The notes under the pieces: model-generated
What the model saw: the letters and a program-made list of their open reading frames with translations, nothing else
What the model was told of the DNA's origin: nothing
Database searches by the model: none
Program-made: the position numbers and the translations under genes
From: Octopus sinensis
Lineage: Eukaryota
Assembly: GCF_006345805.1 (NCBI RefSeq)
Contig: NC_043009.1
Coordinates: forward strand, 70,556,001 to 70,620,000
Length of the DNA stretch: 64,000 nucleotides
Direction: 5' to 3'
Shown here: piece after piece, positions 27,887 to 39,626 of the stretch
Position numbering within the stretch: the first letter of the stretch is position 1
How the letters are laid out: every line of letters begins with the position of its first letter

Positions 27887-28170
27887 AATAATCTGTATTT
27901 TTGTTATTTTTTACTTGCCCTGTCCGTGTGAGCTAACAGTCGTACTGGCTTTCATGGGAAACATGTATCTTCGTGGTTGAAACCTTTTGGATTAACTGGT
28001 GCTAGAGTGAGCAATATATTGACCACTCTCTTATATTTATTTTGTAAAAATATTATAATATGTTATAAAATATTATAATAATCCAGGTTTTCGTAGCACT
28101 AGGCCACTTGGTGTTGAATAAATATACTATTAAATTAGTATCTAATTCTCTCACCCTTATTAATAATTAT

Positions 28171-28201
<31 letters not shown>

Positions 28202-28337
28202 TCATATATATATATATATGTGTGTATATAATTCATATATATATATGTATATATATTCATATATATATACATATATATATATATGCATGTATATATATTC
28301 ATATATATATGTATATATATTCCTATATATATATATG

Positions 28338-29217
28338 AATAAATAAATGGAGTTTAACGCAGGTGTAAATCAAATATTTTTACATTCGACACATGTTTCG
28401 AAAATTCCACTGATACTATTCAAAAGAATAAATGGTATAAACAATGTAATCTTCTCTTCAGGAAAGTGAAAAAAACGAAACTCGTCAATAAGACATTTTA
28501 ACAAAAAATGATGGATTTGTATAGCGATTAACTGAACGCTATTAATATTGTTTAAAAAAACCTTATATGATATAACGTCATAAGTAGCTTACAGAAAGAG
28601 TAGGGATATTAATAGTGAATGTTAAATATAAAGGAAATTAAAGTTTAAATTGTATATAATGCACTAGAGTTGTGTTTTTGCCAATGTTTACATCTGTATG
28701 CTCGCTCTATAACCGTGTTTACTAGGGGAGTTTTAGAAAAAATAATGAAAAATAGCTCAGAATTGCAGAGAAGACAGAATTCCTTGCCTTTGTCATAAGG
28801 TATCGAGATTGGGAGAATCAACCATTCTAAATGAAATTGTTCATTGTGGTCTTTTAGTTCCCAATTCAGTTTGCTGAGACCGGTACTATTACGTTTATTT
28901 CTATCCCTACATGTTGAGTAATGGATAGAAATTCTCTTAGATAACTCTAACGATGTGCTTCCAATGTAAAATCGTACTTTATTACGAGTACTGGTTATAC
29001 ACTGGTATATAGAATTTTTAATCTTAGAGTTACTTGACATAGTAACTCTAAGATTTTGCTATAATGTCTTATTGACGAGTTTCGTTTTTTCCACTTTCCT
29101 GAAGAGAAGATTGCATTGTTTATACCATTTATTCTTTTGAATAGTATCAGTGGAATTTTCGAAAGTAAAAATATTTTCTTTACACCTGCGTTAAACTCCA
29201 TTTATTTATTCATATAT
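28338..29217 (-). mobile_element. 5'-truncated PLE: GIY-YIG endonuclease between about 160-bp inverted pseudo-LTR arms
   Basis: ORF 28645-29040 reads IYQC...FYIGSTSLELSKRISIH...STGLSKLNWELKD...W.IL...CLLCNSE...CKH. Arms are 28338-28500 and about 29058-29217, with (TA)n to the left. Confidence 0.9.
28382..28467 (-). ncRNA. Type I hammerhead with canonical core in the left PLE arm
   Basis: ACTTTC-CTGAAGA-GAAGA...TTTTC-GAA-ACATGTGT-C-GAATGT. The mirror copy at 29093-29165 has lost stem III. Confidence 0.75.
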
Positions 29218-29361
29218 TATACAAAAAAGTCCATGTAAACACGACGTTTCTACCTTTATAAACAAGGAGTTACAACCTCTTTACTTGTGAGATTTTTGCT
29301 ACCCTGGTAACTATTTATTTATTTTTTCCCTGTTAATTGTTAACAAGGTAAAAATACACTC

Positions 29362-29392
<31 letters not shown>

Positions 29393-30204
29393 ATATGATA
29401 TAATATGATATGATATAATATGGTATGATATGATATGATACGGAGAACGTTAGGAGGGGTGCAGTGAATATATCTATTTTGCCATATGATGTCATTGCCG
29501 ACCTGCATATATGTGTTTATTATAAAATGCATAGCACACTTTACAAACGGATGTAGGTATAGTAGGCTAGCTCACCAGATTATCAAAGTATCAACGCTAC
29601 ATCCATTTTTTAAAACCCACTGTACACATACCTGCATTCGCTTGTAAAATGTACAATAGTACTATGCAATTTTATAACATGCACGCTAGTGCAGGTATAT
29701 AAAATAGTATATTATACACTAAAATAAATTATTTTGTCATGATGTTGGCTGCCACACGGCCGTCATCCTAAAGATTTCAACTAATGAAATGAATATATTC
29801 ATCTCATACTTCCTGACGTTCTTTATATTCTACATACTCATCATGAAATAATCCTCGATGATTGGATTTATTGGATTCCAAATGCAAAGGGGAATCTACA
29901 TCACATTCCTAAGTATTGTGTCACTTTCTGGTTTGTAGCCAGCCTTGTCTTTTTTATTACCACCGGATTATATAAATCCCATATACTATGCATTATCATT
30001 ATATATATATATATACGTATAATAGGGATGACCACAAAGTGGTCGTTCCTTATTATACACATGTATTACAATTTTTCTGAATTTTCAGATTTTTCTAATT
30101 CCTGGGCTCTTGGTTTTAAATTGATATTAATTTAATTAATATTCAATTTATCACACACACACACACACGCACACGCACAAACACACACACACACACACAC
30201 ACAC

Positions 30205-30247
<43 letters not shown>

Positions 30248-30415
30248 GCAGATATAGAGACATAGATATGCATGCCTTTATACATGTGTGTGTGTGTATG
30301 ATTGCTAGCTAGCTAGCTAAATAACTATATAGATAGATAGATAAAGACTTATAAAGAATATGGAGACTGTTACATCAGCAAAATTTACTCCTACATTCTT
30401 TCATTATTACAGATG

Positions 30416-30618
30416 GTCATAGGGTATAATTATTTGTTTACAATGACCGACACATGTTTCTGCTGCACAGAATATGTATTGTTGCACATGTAACCTCAGC
30501 ATAATCTGCTGTGCACACTCATTCAGGGTCCAACAGCAAGTGTGTTTCGGTCTCCAAATACTCTATGCAGCAGAAACACGTGCTGGTCATTGTAACCGAA
30601 TGATTAGGCCGAATGACC
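30416..30618. mobile_element. Short fold-back element with about 55-bp imperfect arms and a hammerhead-like motif on the minus strand (30445-30530)
   Basis: Minus strand: GACC-CTGAATGA-G-TGTGCACAG...CTGTGCAGCA-GAA-ACATGTGT-C-GGTC. The right arm keeps only GAAACACGTG. Confidence 0.65.
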
Positions 30619-30949
30619 AACAGTAAAATTAAAAGAAATAATTGCAATGACCTCTCAGTGTCTGTATTCTCTATAATTTTTGGAAATCTAAACTACTCGT
30701 GATATACATAATGAAGGGGAGTGAACTCGGAGTTATCCATCCGAGGAATGCAATCTGAAGATTGCAAATTCTTGGCGATCATTGACACTTAGTATTACTT
30801 GATGCCAATAGCCGTAACCTGGAATCTACCTCAGAGCTACCACGGCACCCACCTCGATAATTTTATAACGATACACTCACATAATATGTGTGTGCGTGAG
30901 TTTGTGGGTGTGTCTGTGCATCTGTGTGTAAATCAAAACACACAAACAA

Positions 30950-31110
30950 GCAGGTGTGGCTATGTTGTTAGAAGCTTGCTTCTCAACGACATGGTTTCCG
31001 GGTTCAGTCCCACTGCATGGTACCTTGGGCAAAAGTCTTCTACTATAGTCTCGGGCCGACAAAGGCCTTGTGAGTGGATTTGGTAGATAGAAACTGAAAG
31101 AAGCCCATCG

Positions 31111-31169
<59 letters not shown>

Positions 31170-31368
31170 ATATGTATGTATTTGTGTGCCTGTCTGTTCC
31201 CGCACCATTGCTTGGCAACCGATGCTGGTGTGTTTACATTCCCGTACCTTAGCGGTTCGGCAAAAGAAACCGATAAAAGTATTACTTCACTAAATGTCCT
31301 GAGGTCGATTTATTCGACTAAAGGCGGGGCTCCAGCATGACAGCAGTCAAATGACTAAAACAAGGAAG
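30950..31368 (+). mobile_element. Full-length tRNA-derived SINE (family of 13407-13799)
   Basis: Collinear similarity to the 13.4-kb copy along its length. Confidence 0.9.
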
Positions 31369-32449
31369 AATAAAGCACACACACACACTCATATATATAT
31401 ATATATTATATGATTTTGTACAGCGTTTTAAGGTTTATCAAAAGCTCTTCTGAAGGAGGTAAATTTACAACAATAGAATGATTTTGTTCCGTATTTAAGA
31501 TTGTTTAAAGATAAAAATAAGAAATAACAAATTTCAGTATTGAATAGATTCATGTATAACAACATACACAGATTTCTAAACCAGTGTCTTCTAATACAAC
31601 AAATTAAGTACTCTTGATATTATCTCAAAAACAAAAACCCCCCAAAAAGAAATGAAAAACAATTACCAGAGAAATTACACTTTCAACAGAATTCTTCGAA
31701 AAGCTGATAGGCTTCCGATTTTCAAAATGACTTCCAAATTTACAAATAGTCACTGCAGTTATTTATCTATATCTACACTAAACTAGTTTCCATCATCTCA
31801 ACGCTAACTGCCGTAATCAGGCGTAAATGAATGCAAGAGACATTTAACCTAATTTAGTTTTCTATTCCATCCACCTCTCTCACCTTCTCAAAGCAATTAT
31901 TTTTTTTTGTTCTTGCACTGCAGATGTGTGTTTCAAAGTAGCCAAATTTAACAGCGGATTCTTTCTGTTTCAATTAAGTAGATTATAGTCAAATGTATAG
32001 ACGTAGATTTGCGATAAAAATTTTATTGATATCTCCATTAACTGAAAAGTACATCACCTCGACTTTGTCGGCTTTTTGATTTCAGGACCGAAAGAAATGA
32101 GGATCTGGATGACGTAAGAACGTTTTTCGTCGATCTATCTCATCTGCTATTCCACCGCTCATCATGCCTATGCTATAAAACCAGTAAATATTTCGAAACA
32201 AAACTCTTGGAATTATTCGAAATGAACAAGACATCAAACGCATACCTTCAGAGCTGTTTATACATTACATTTCAAGTGGACATACACTATGTGCCTTTGT
32301 ATCATCTGAAGTTTTAGTATTTTCTGCATTCGTGAGGACGTTGATGGAAATGAGGGCAAGTTGGTCGTTCATTTAGAAAGTAGATTGTGGGTAGCGCACT
32401 GAAGGCTAAGTCGCATTTGAGTTAAAATGGTGTGAGTCGGAGAGAGTTG

Positions 32450-33100
32450 CATTAGAACAGGTTGCCATGCTGTAATCTAACAGGAAGATTCGGGTTAATG
32501 AATAAGAGATGGCTGGAGCCTATTTCAAAAAGATCTGTTTTTTTTTTATTATTACTTCTAATCAATTAATTACTTTTTCCTGATTAGTCAGTGGGTAGAA
32601 CATCATCGATCTTTAACTATTCAGATTCCTCAAGACTGGTAAGGATGAAGAGATGGAATTATTCAAAACCAGAACGCCTAGATTACGAAAAGCGTAGACT
32701 CCCATTTCATGCACTGAAAGAAAGATGTTGTTATGAAAGTAGATGACGGTTTAAGGAACTCGGTGCAGGTCCTTAATTCTAAAGGTGTTTGACATAGTTT
32801 CATGCACGAATTTTCATCTCGTTAACGAATGGTTTGTGGCGAGGCAAAAATATTGATTAATTTTAATTTTTGGAGGTTGGCGCTCATATTTGCAAGTTTC
32901 AGAAATTACGACTTACTCCCAGCTTAAGTCTGTTATTTGCTAATTACGAGCTTGATTTTCGATTAAGTCATTCCAGTTTTAACCATGTCATTTCTATGTT
33001 GGTGAATAATATAGTTGATTACTAATGATATTGCAAAGTTAAAGACGATGCTGTCTGTTATACGTAAGTATGTGCATCAGCAGATTAATTTTCGCATTGA
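32450..33100 (+). mobile_element. Possible ancient LINE reverse-transcriptase relic
   Basis: Only scattered motifs: KVFDIVS (KAFDxV-like) near 32780 and KDDAVCY (ADD-like) near 33040. Confidence 0.25.
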
Positions 33101-33284
33101 TTGGTTGCAGTTGTAAAAACATTTCCGCAAATTCGAAAGATCCAAAAAGTGCGATGGTTATAATAAAATTTCAATGTTTCAATTAAAATTCATGATACAG
33201 AAGAATTTGTTCAATCAGTTATAGACATTATTTACATTTGACAGATATTATTATTATTATTCAGGCCACGAGTTCGAAGCAGTG

Positions 33285-33354
<70 letters not shown>

Positions 33355-33430
33355 TGATGATAACAACAACAACAACAACAACATTGAAAAATACCATAGG
33401 AATGAGAACCCAGGTTTAAAATTTCCTCAA

Positions 33431-33476
33431 GACACCTGATGAAGGCTGGAGGGTATATCAGCAGAAACGTTGTGTT
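33431..33476 (+). ncRNA. Minimal type I hammerhead in a short repeat following (AAT)n
   Basis: GACAC-CTGATGA-A-GGCTG gagggtatat CAGCA-GAA-ACGT-T-GTGTT; the first stem II pair is a G-A mismatch in this copy. Confidence 0.7.
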
Positions 33477-34156
33477 AACAACAAACAAGATGAGGACAAA
33501 TATCTGTCAAATGTAAATAATGTACATAATTCCTCATATCTTAAACTTAGAACTGAATCAGTTATATCTCTTTGATATTTACTATACGGTAGTTTATCGC
33601 TTGGTATTTATTTGTATACTGCATGTGTGAATATAAAGAAGATTATAACAAAGCAATACAATCGTTCAAGTGTTTTCTACATTAGTCGTGGCCTTCGTGG
33701 TTTCTGCCTTAAAAAGATTATATCGATTGTCACAATACAGCCTAAATGACTGTATAAACCCTGAATGTTATTTATATTACAAGTATGAATATTCGGACCT
33801 ATTTAACTCAAATTTAGAGAGCGTAATTTCTGTATTTTTAACGACAAGATTTTGCCAACATTACGATTGTTATTATATGACTTATCTCATCAGGTAATAC
33901 ACGTGGTCCTAGATTAGGATAGGGTCATCCTGAACACAACTAATTTCATTGAATCTACGAGTCATTTTCGAATTGATGCTCACGTAATTCTTCCCTAATT
34001 CCTCGAAGTCTTCGATTTCACACAGGAAGCAAAACAATTTATGCAAAAATATTGGAAATATACATATGACGAAACTAATTATAATCAAATCGTCAAGAAT
34101 TAATCTCCACCATGGAGACATTATTCAACTAATGTCCATATATTTTGAGACAAACT

Positions 34157-34373
34157 AAGGTGGCGATCTGGCAGAATCGTTAGTCCTCCAGACAAAATGC
34201 TTAGCGGCATTTTGTCCGTTCTTACGTTCTGAATTCAAATTCCGCTATGGGCGATTTTGCCTTTCATCATTTCCAGAGTCGATGAAATAAGTACCAGTTG
34301 ATCACTGGGGTCGATGTATTCGACTTGACCCTTCCACGAAATTGCTGGCCTTGTGTCAAATTTTGAAACCAAT
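34157..34373 (+). mobile_element. tRNA-derived SINE (family of 47283-47765)
   Basis: AAGGTGGCGATCTGGCAGAATCGTTAG, GAATTCAAATTCC and AAGTACCAGTTG...TGGGGTCGAT. Confidence 0.85.
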
Positions 34374-35312
34374 ATCTGTTGTGACAAAGTTGCAAATAAG
34401 AAGTTCACTAAATGTCTGCGACAGCGACATCACGTCTAAACACACACAATTACGACCTTGTTTCGGCTATTTACTGTGGTCAGAAAAGCAGTGTAAGTTG
34501 ATCATTATTTAATCAATACGGCTATACAGTCTAACCTACTGCTTGTACTAAATTTGTATTACATTCGCTACATGAATAATCAGTTTTTCTAACGGAAACT
34601 ATAGGGTATTGGTGGGTGGGAAAAACATAATTATCTCATATTTTGATATTAATACATGAATATGTCTCCTACAAAATGCATCAATACTGTTGATGTTAGC
34701 TAAGAAAATAGCATGCATCAAATCACGAGAAATGGTTCGTGAAAAGTGCAATAGGATTATTTCTTTTTAAATATTTAACATTTTAGAAAATCCAAAAAAA
34801 TGGTTGAAAAACCCTAGACATTTTTTTTCGGTTTTAAATTTTGTTATAAAGAAAGATGATTACTAGAACAAAGTAAGAAATAGAGTTCTTTATTGTTTCT
34901 AAATGTTTGACGTTAAAACAGATTTTCGACGGCCCAGGCGACGTGCGCCGGCAACGTTTTATTGTATTTTATTTAGTCTTCAGTGTGTCAGGAAGTTAAA
35001 ATTATTGCAAACTGCTGCAGTAAAATCTCGTTGAACCGATTTAATGACCTTATTTTGTTGCCCAACTTTAGATAACATCACGAATGCTGTAAAAAAATTT
35101 CATTCCCGAAATATGCAATATGAAATGCTATCTATAAATCTGAAGCATACTGTTTGAAAAAAATGACACAAATACAGCCAAAGCACTTTTGTACATTCTG
35201 ACAACTACACAGAAAAATCCTGAATGAGACATCATGGTATTCAGCCCATCATTTGCTTTAAGTTATGTTGGATATTACGAATTGAACGGATTCAAGTCAG
35301 AATTATACTACT

Positions 35313-35520
35313 CCAGACTGATGACGAGCAAGACTCAAAAACTAGTCTCGGATGCAGGCTTAGCTGGATGGGGGTGCTTGTCTCCCCCTTGTAAACATAA
35401 GGACACAGGAAATGTGTCAAGGCCGACAGGAAGCGCTGGTACTTCCTAGGGCTAAATAGCGGTGGTGTGATTCCCTTTATGGGACTCTCACGTTAAGCTG
35501 ACAGTATGCAACTGTTCTAT
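35313..35520 (+). mobile_element. Dispersed repeat with a decayed hammerhead at its 5' end (35313-35351)
   Basis: CCAGA-CTGATGA-CGAG caaga CTC-AAAAA-CTAGT-C-TCGG, in which GAAA is mutated, followed by the segment matching 9444-9610 inverted. Confidence 0.6.
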
Positions 35521-35566
35521 AGTACCACCACTGCTTTTATGTCTCTGAGATATTTAGAAATGTAAT

Positions 35567-35567
35567 A

Positions 35568-35611
<44 letters not shown>

Positions 35612-35650
35612 TTTATTTATATGTATGTGTGTGTGTGTGTATATATATAT

Positions 35651-35682
<32 letters not shown>

Positions 35683-35695
35683 TTATTTATATGTA

Positions 35696-35746
<51 letters not shown>

Positions 35747-35747
35747 G

Positions 35748-35780
<33 letters not shown>

Positions 35781-35838
35781 GTATATATATATTATATGTA
35801 TATATATATGTATATATATATATATGTATATATATATG

Positions 35839-35870
<32 letters not shown>

Positions 35871-35903
35871 CACACACACACACACATACATATAAATAAA
35901 TAA

Positions 35904-35960
<57 letters not shown>

Positions 35961-35962
35961 CA

Positions 35963-36013
<51 letters not shown>

Positions 36014-36033
36014 TACATATAAATAAATATATG

Positions 36034-36085
<52 letters not shown>

Positions 36086-36120
36086 TACATATGAATAAAT
36101 ATATGTATATATTATATACA

Positions 36121-36151
<31 letters not shown>

Positions 36152-36247
36152 TACATATATATATATAATATATACATATATTATATATATATACATATAT
36201 ATACATATATATATATAACATATATATATATATTATATATATATATC

Positions 36248-36288
<41 letters not shown>

Positions 36289-36314
36289 CAATATATATAT
36301 ATATATATAAATAC

Positions 36315-36379
<65 letters not shown>

Positions 36380-36380
36380 A
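35567..36380. repeat. Large compound (TA)n array with internal direct and inverted higher-order units
   Basis: TATTTATTTATATGTATGTGTGTG near 35610 and 35680 reappears inverted near 35870, 35995 and 36065. Confidence 0.9.
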
Positions 36381-36382
36381 AA

Positions 36383-36720
36383 GGGTAAAGACCCCCTTCG
36401 GTCATGAATGACCATGGGATTGCACCTAGAAAGTTACCCTCCTAGACACAAGTCCGGGCAAGGTTGTTTATGGAAGACCAGCAGTCGCCCATGCATACCA
36501 GCCTCCCCTCTCCACGCCACCAGTGTTATCCAAGGGAAAGACAAAGGTCGATACAGCTTGGCACCAGTGACGTCGCAACTCATTTCTACAGCTGAGTGAA
36601 CTGGAGCAACGTGAAATAAAGTGCCTTGCTCAAGAACACAACACGCAGCCCGGTCTGGGATTCGAGCTCACAACCTCATGATCGTAAGCTCGACGCTCTA
36701 TCCACTGAGCCATGCGCCTT

Positions 36721-36722
<2 letters not shown>
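36383..36722 (-). mobile_element. Full-length tRNA-derived SINE (third family)
   Basis: Minus-strand head GGCGCATGGCTCAGTGGATAGAGCG...GCTCGAATCCC (A and B boxes); body shared with 53374-53665. Confidence 0.92.
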
Positions 36723-36762
<40 letters not shown>

Positions 36763-36791
36763 CGAGAAAGAAGCAACAAGAATGGATAGGT

Positions 36792-36882
36792 TTTTAGTAC
36801 GATCGTTTCATACAAGGACAGGTTTTATTAAAAGTTGCAAAGATTACAGCATATAAACGAGTCCCGTACTCATCAGCTAAAA
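36792..36882 (-). ncRNA. Canonical type I hammerhead, predicted cleavage after GUA
   Basis: TTTTAG-CTGATGA-GTACGGGAC...GTCCTTGTAT-GAA-ACGATCGT-A-CTAAAA: 6-bp stem I, about 9-bp stem II, palindromic stem III. Confidence 0.85.
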
Positions 36883-37429
36883 TACATGTAAGTTCTCTAG
36901 ACATCCTAGTGTTTGAGGCTATACTCATGAAGTAATGTAGATAATTAAACAGATTTCTAAAGTTCATTAAAGTTCACAGAATTTTAAAAAAGTTTTGATA
37001 GCATCACAGAGAAGGTGACCTAATCCATATGAATTTCCATAGATATGATGAGGGATTATATACTCACAGAAGACAAATTTATCCATTGTTAATTACAACG
37101 AGGTGGGTCTCAATTCCTGCTTATTAGCATTACAGGATTAATTCACCCTCTCTGTAATGCTAATACGCAGGAATTGAGACCCACCTCGTTGTAATTAACA
37201 ATGGATAAATTTGTCTTCTGTGAGTATATAATCCCTCATCATATCTATGGAAATTCATATGGATTAGGTCACCTTTTCTGTGATGCTATCAAAACTTTTT
37301 TTAAATTCTGTGATAAGACTGTACATCATCTTTAAAGAACTTTAATGAACTTTAGAAATCTGTTTAATTATCTACATTACTTCATGAGTATAGCCTCAAA
37401 CACTAGGATGTCTAGAGAACTTACATGTA

Positions 37430-37519
37430 TTTTAGCTGATGAGTACGGGACTCGTTTATATGCTGTAATCTTTGCAACTTTTAATAAAACCTGTCCTTGT
37501 ATGAACGATCGTACTAAAA
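37430..37519 (+). ncRNA. Mirror hammerhead lacking one core A (GAAC instead of GAAAC), probably inactive
   Basis: ATGAACGATCGT at 37501, versus GAAACGATCGT in the left arm. Confidence 0.6.
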
Positions 37520-37674
37520 ACCTATCCATTCTTGTTGCTTCTTTCTCGCTTATAATCACCCCACATTACTGTATTGTTAAATCAGTATAGTTTTTTTTTT
37601 TTTTTTTTGTGCATCTAAGTTAGGTACCATATTCAAGTAAATTTTTAAAATTAACTTGAATCTTTATTGCTCTT

Positions 37675-37792
<118 letters not shown>

Positions 37793-37823
37793 ACATATAT
37801 ATATATATATGTATATATATATA

Positions 37824-38015
37824 TTTATTTTATAGAAGGAGCTTCTACAGGACTAGAACTGTTTCATTCAAAAGAAATCATCAGGAATCATCATTTCTTT
37901 TGAATGAAACAGTTCTAGTCCTGTAAAAGCTCCTTCTATAAAATAAATTGATTTACTCTGCTATGTATTGAGTACCTTATTTACTGTGGTTAACCCCGAC
38001 TCAACCCGGGACCTA
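37824..38015. mobile_element. Short fold-back element with about 55-bp arms (37824-37948), cut through a hammerhead
   Basis: The minus strand of the left arm reads CTGATGA-TTTCTTTTGAAT-GAAACAGTTCTAGT-C-CTGT; the 5' strand of stem I is lost at the fold-back junction. (TA)n on both sides. Confidence 0.7.
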
Positions 38016-38078
38016 CATATATATATATATTATATACACACACACATACATATAAATAAATAAATATATATATATATA

Positions 38079-38127
<49 letters not shown>

Positions 38128-38154
38128 TATACTTACAATCACTCACTGCTCTCG

Positions 38155-38848
38155 TAAGGAGAAAAACAATTAGATTTTTAAATGTCTGAGCGAGAAATAA
38201 GTAGTGACATTACTACAGAGTAAAGTTTGTTTGACAACGTAAAGTAGAAGTCCTGGTAGTTACTACCATTTTAGCCCCAGGAAAACAAATTTTCCAACTG
38301 GCTATCGACACACAACAGCGTCCTTATAACTCAAACTAGGGAGCTGATGTTCCCAATCATCCTAAATGCTACCTGCAGACCAATTGTTTCTGGGTTACTT
38401 TTCTTCACTGGGACTTCTTTTCCTGGGGATAAATAAAGGTAGTAACACCGTCCTAATCAGGACTGCCACTTTACGTTGGCAAATAGACTTTACACTGTAT
38501 TTCTGTTACTACTTATTTCTCGCTCAGAGATTTAAAACTAATTGTTTTTTCTCCTTACGAGATCAGTGACTGCGTATAACTTTAAAAGTGTATACCTCAA
38601 ACAAGGCCTAGTGCTGTCACCTCTAGTCAACGGTTATCCTGTGACGATGAAGAGAAATAACCCAGAAACCATTGGTCCGCAGGTACCGTTTAAGACTGAG
38701 TGGGGACATTAGCTCCTAGTTTGAATTATAAGGACGCAGTCCTCAATGGGACTTCCACTTTATGTTGACAAATAGATTTTACTCTGTATTTCTGTTACTA
38801 CTTATTTCTCGCTCAAAGATTTAAAACTAATTGTTTATTTCTCCTTAA
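38155..38848. mobile_element. Compound diverged fold-back (A-B / A' / B'-A'') with decayed hammerheads
   Basis: 38155-38260 is inverted at 38460-38557 and 38748-38848, and 38316-38408 is inverted at 38645-38739. HHR-like CCTGTG-ACGATGA-AGAG...CCC-A-GAA-ACCATTGGT-C-CGCAGG lies at 38638-38683. Confidence 0.75.
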
Positions 38849-39326
38849 TACATATATGAAAAATCATAAAAATCTTTTATATATACACACCATCATAGAC
38901 ATAAAGTCATATATATATTTTATATATATTTATAAATATAGGTGTTTGTGCGTGCGTTTGTATGTGTGTGTGTTATTTGCACATACATTGTTACATAAAT
39001 GATGCACACTACGACATACAGTAATAAACGCAGCAGTAGCTACAGTCTTGCAATGCGACACCTGTGTTCCTTCACCTGCAACTAGTTATTCTGTTCGCAA
39101 TCATATACATGATTGAATAGTTAACAGATGAGCTGATTCCTTCAGAACCGTAATTTAAAAAATTAAATAAAATAATGATATAAGAATAAATCAGCCGTGG
39201 ATGGTTGGACAAATTCTTATTAACGTTCACTCGCTGCTGACGGGAAAGAGCTTAATTGCCTTCACATGCAGATAGACATTAACAGCCGCAGATAACTTTT
39301 ACATGCATACATATAAACATTCATAA

Positions 39327-39361
<35 letters not shown>

Positions 39362-39503
39362 TAGGCAAAGATATACAAAGTAATTCTATATATCTGTGTG
39401 TGCGTGTTTGGGTATTTATGTATGTATATATGTATATGCATATATGTATATGTGTATATACATATATATACATATACATATATATACATATATATACATA
39501 TAT

Positions 39504-39536
<33 letters not shown>

Positions 39537-39553
39537 TATATATATACATATAC

Positions 39554-39626
<73 letters not shown>

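Larger units (their letters stand above)
27546..28043. mobile_element. Perfect 498-bp palindrome (248-bp arms, 2-nt AA loop) carrying a hammerhead in each arm
   Basis: 27546-27793 is the exact reverse complement of 27796-28043 by eye; (TA)n lies immediately to the left. Confidence 0.95.
36757..37554. mobile_element. Near-perfect palindrome of about 800 bp (about 380-bp arms, 16-nt loop) with a hammerhead in each arm
   Basis: Arms 36757-37135 and 37152-37554; differences include a 25-bp extra segment (37313-37337) and a few point changes. (TA)n lies to the left. Confidence 0.95.

Noticed and set aside
33820-33900. Minus-strand CTGATGA-GATAAG...CTTGTC stem
   Set aside because: No GAAA core or stem III follows.
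36640-36722. tRNA gene
   Set aside because: The tRNA-like heads here and at 13407, 30950, 47700 and 55640 continue into SINE bodies or lack a complete cloverleaf.
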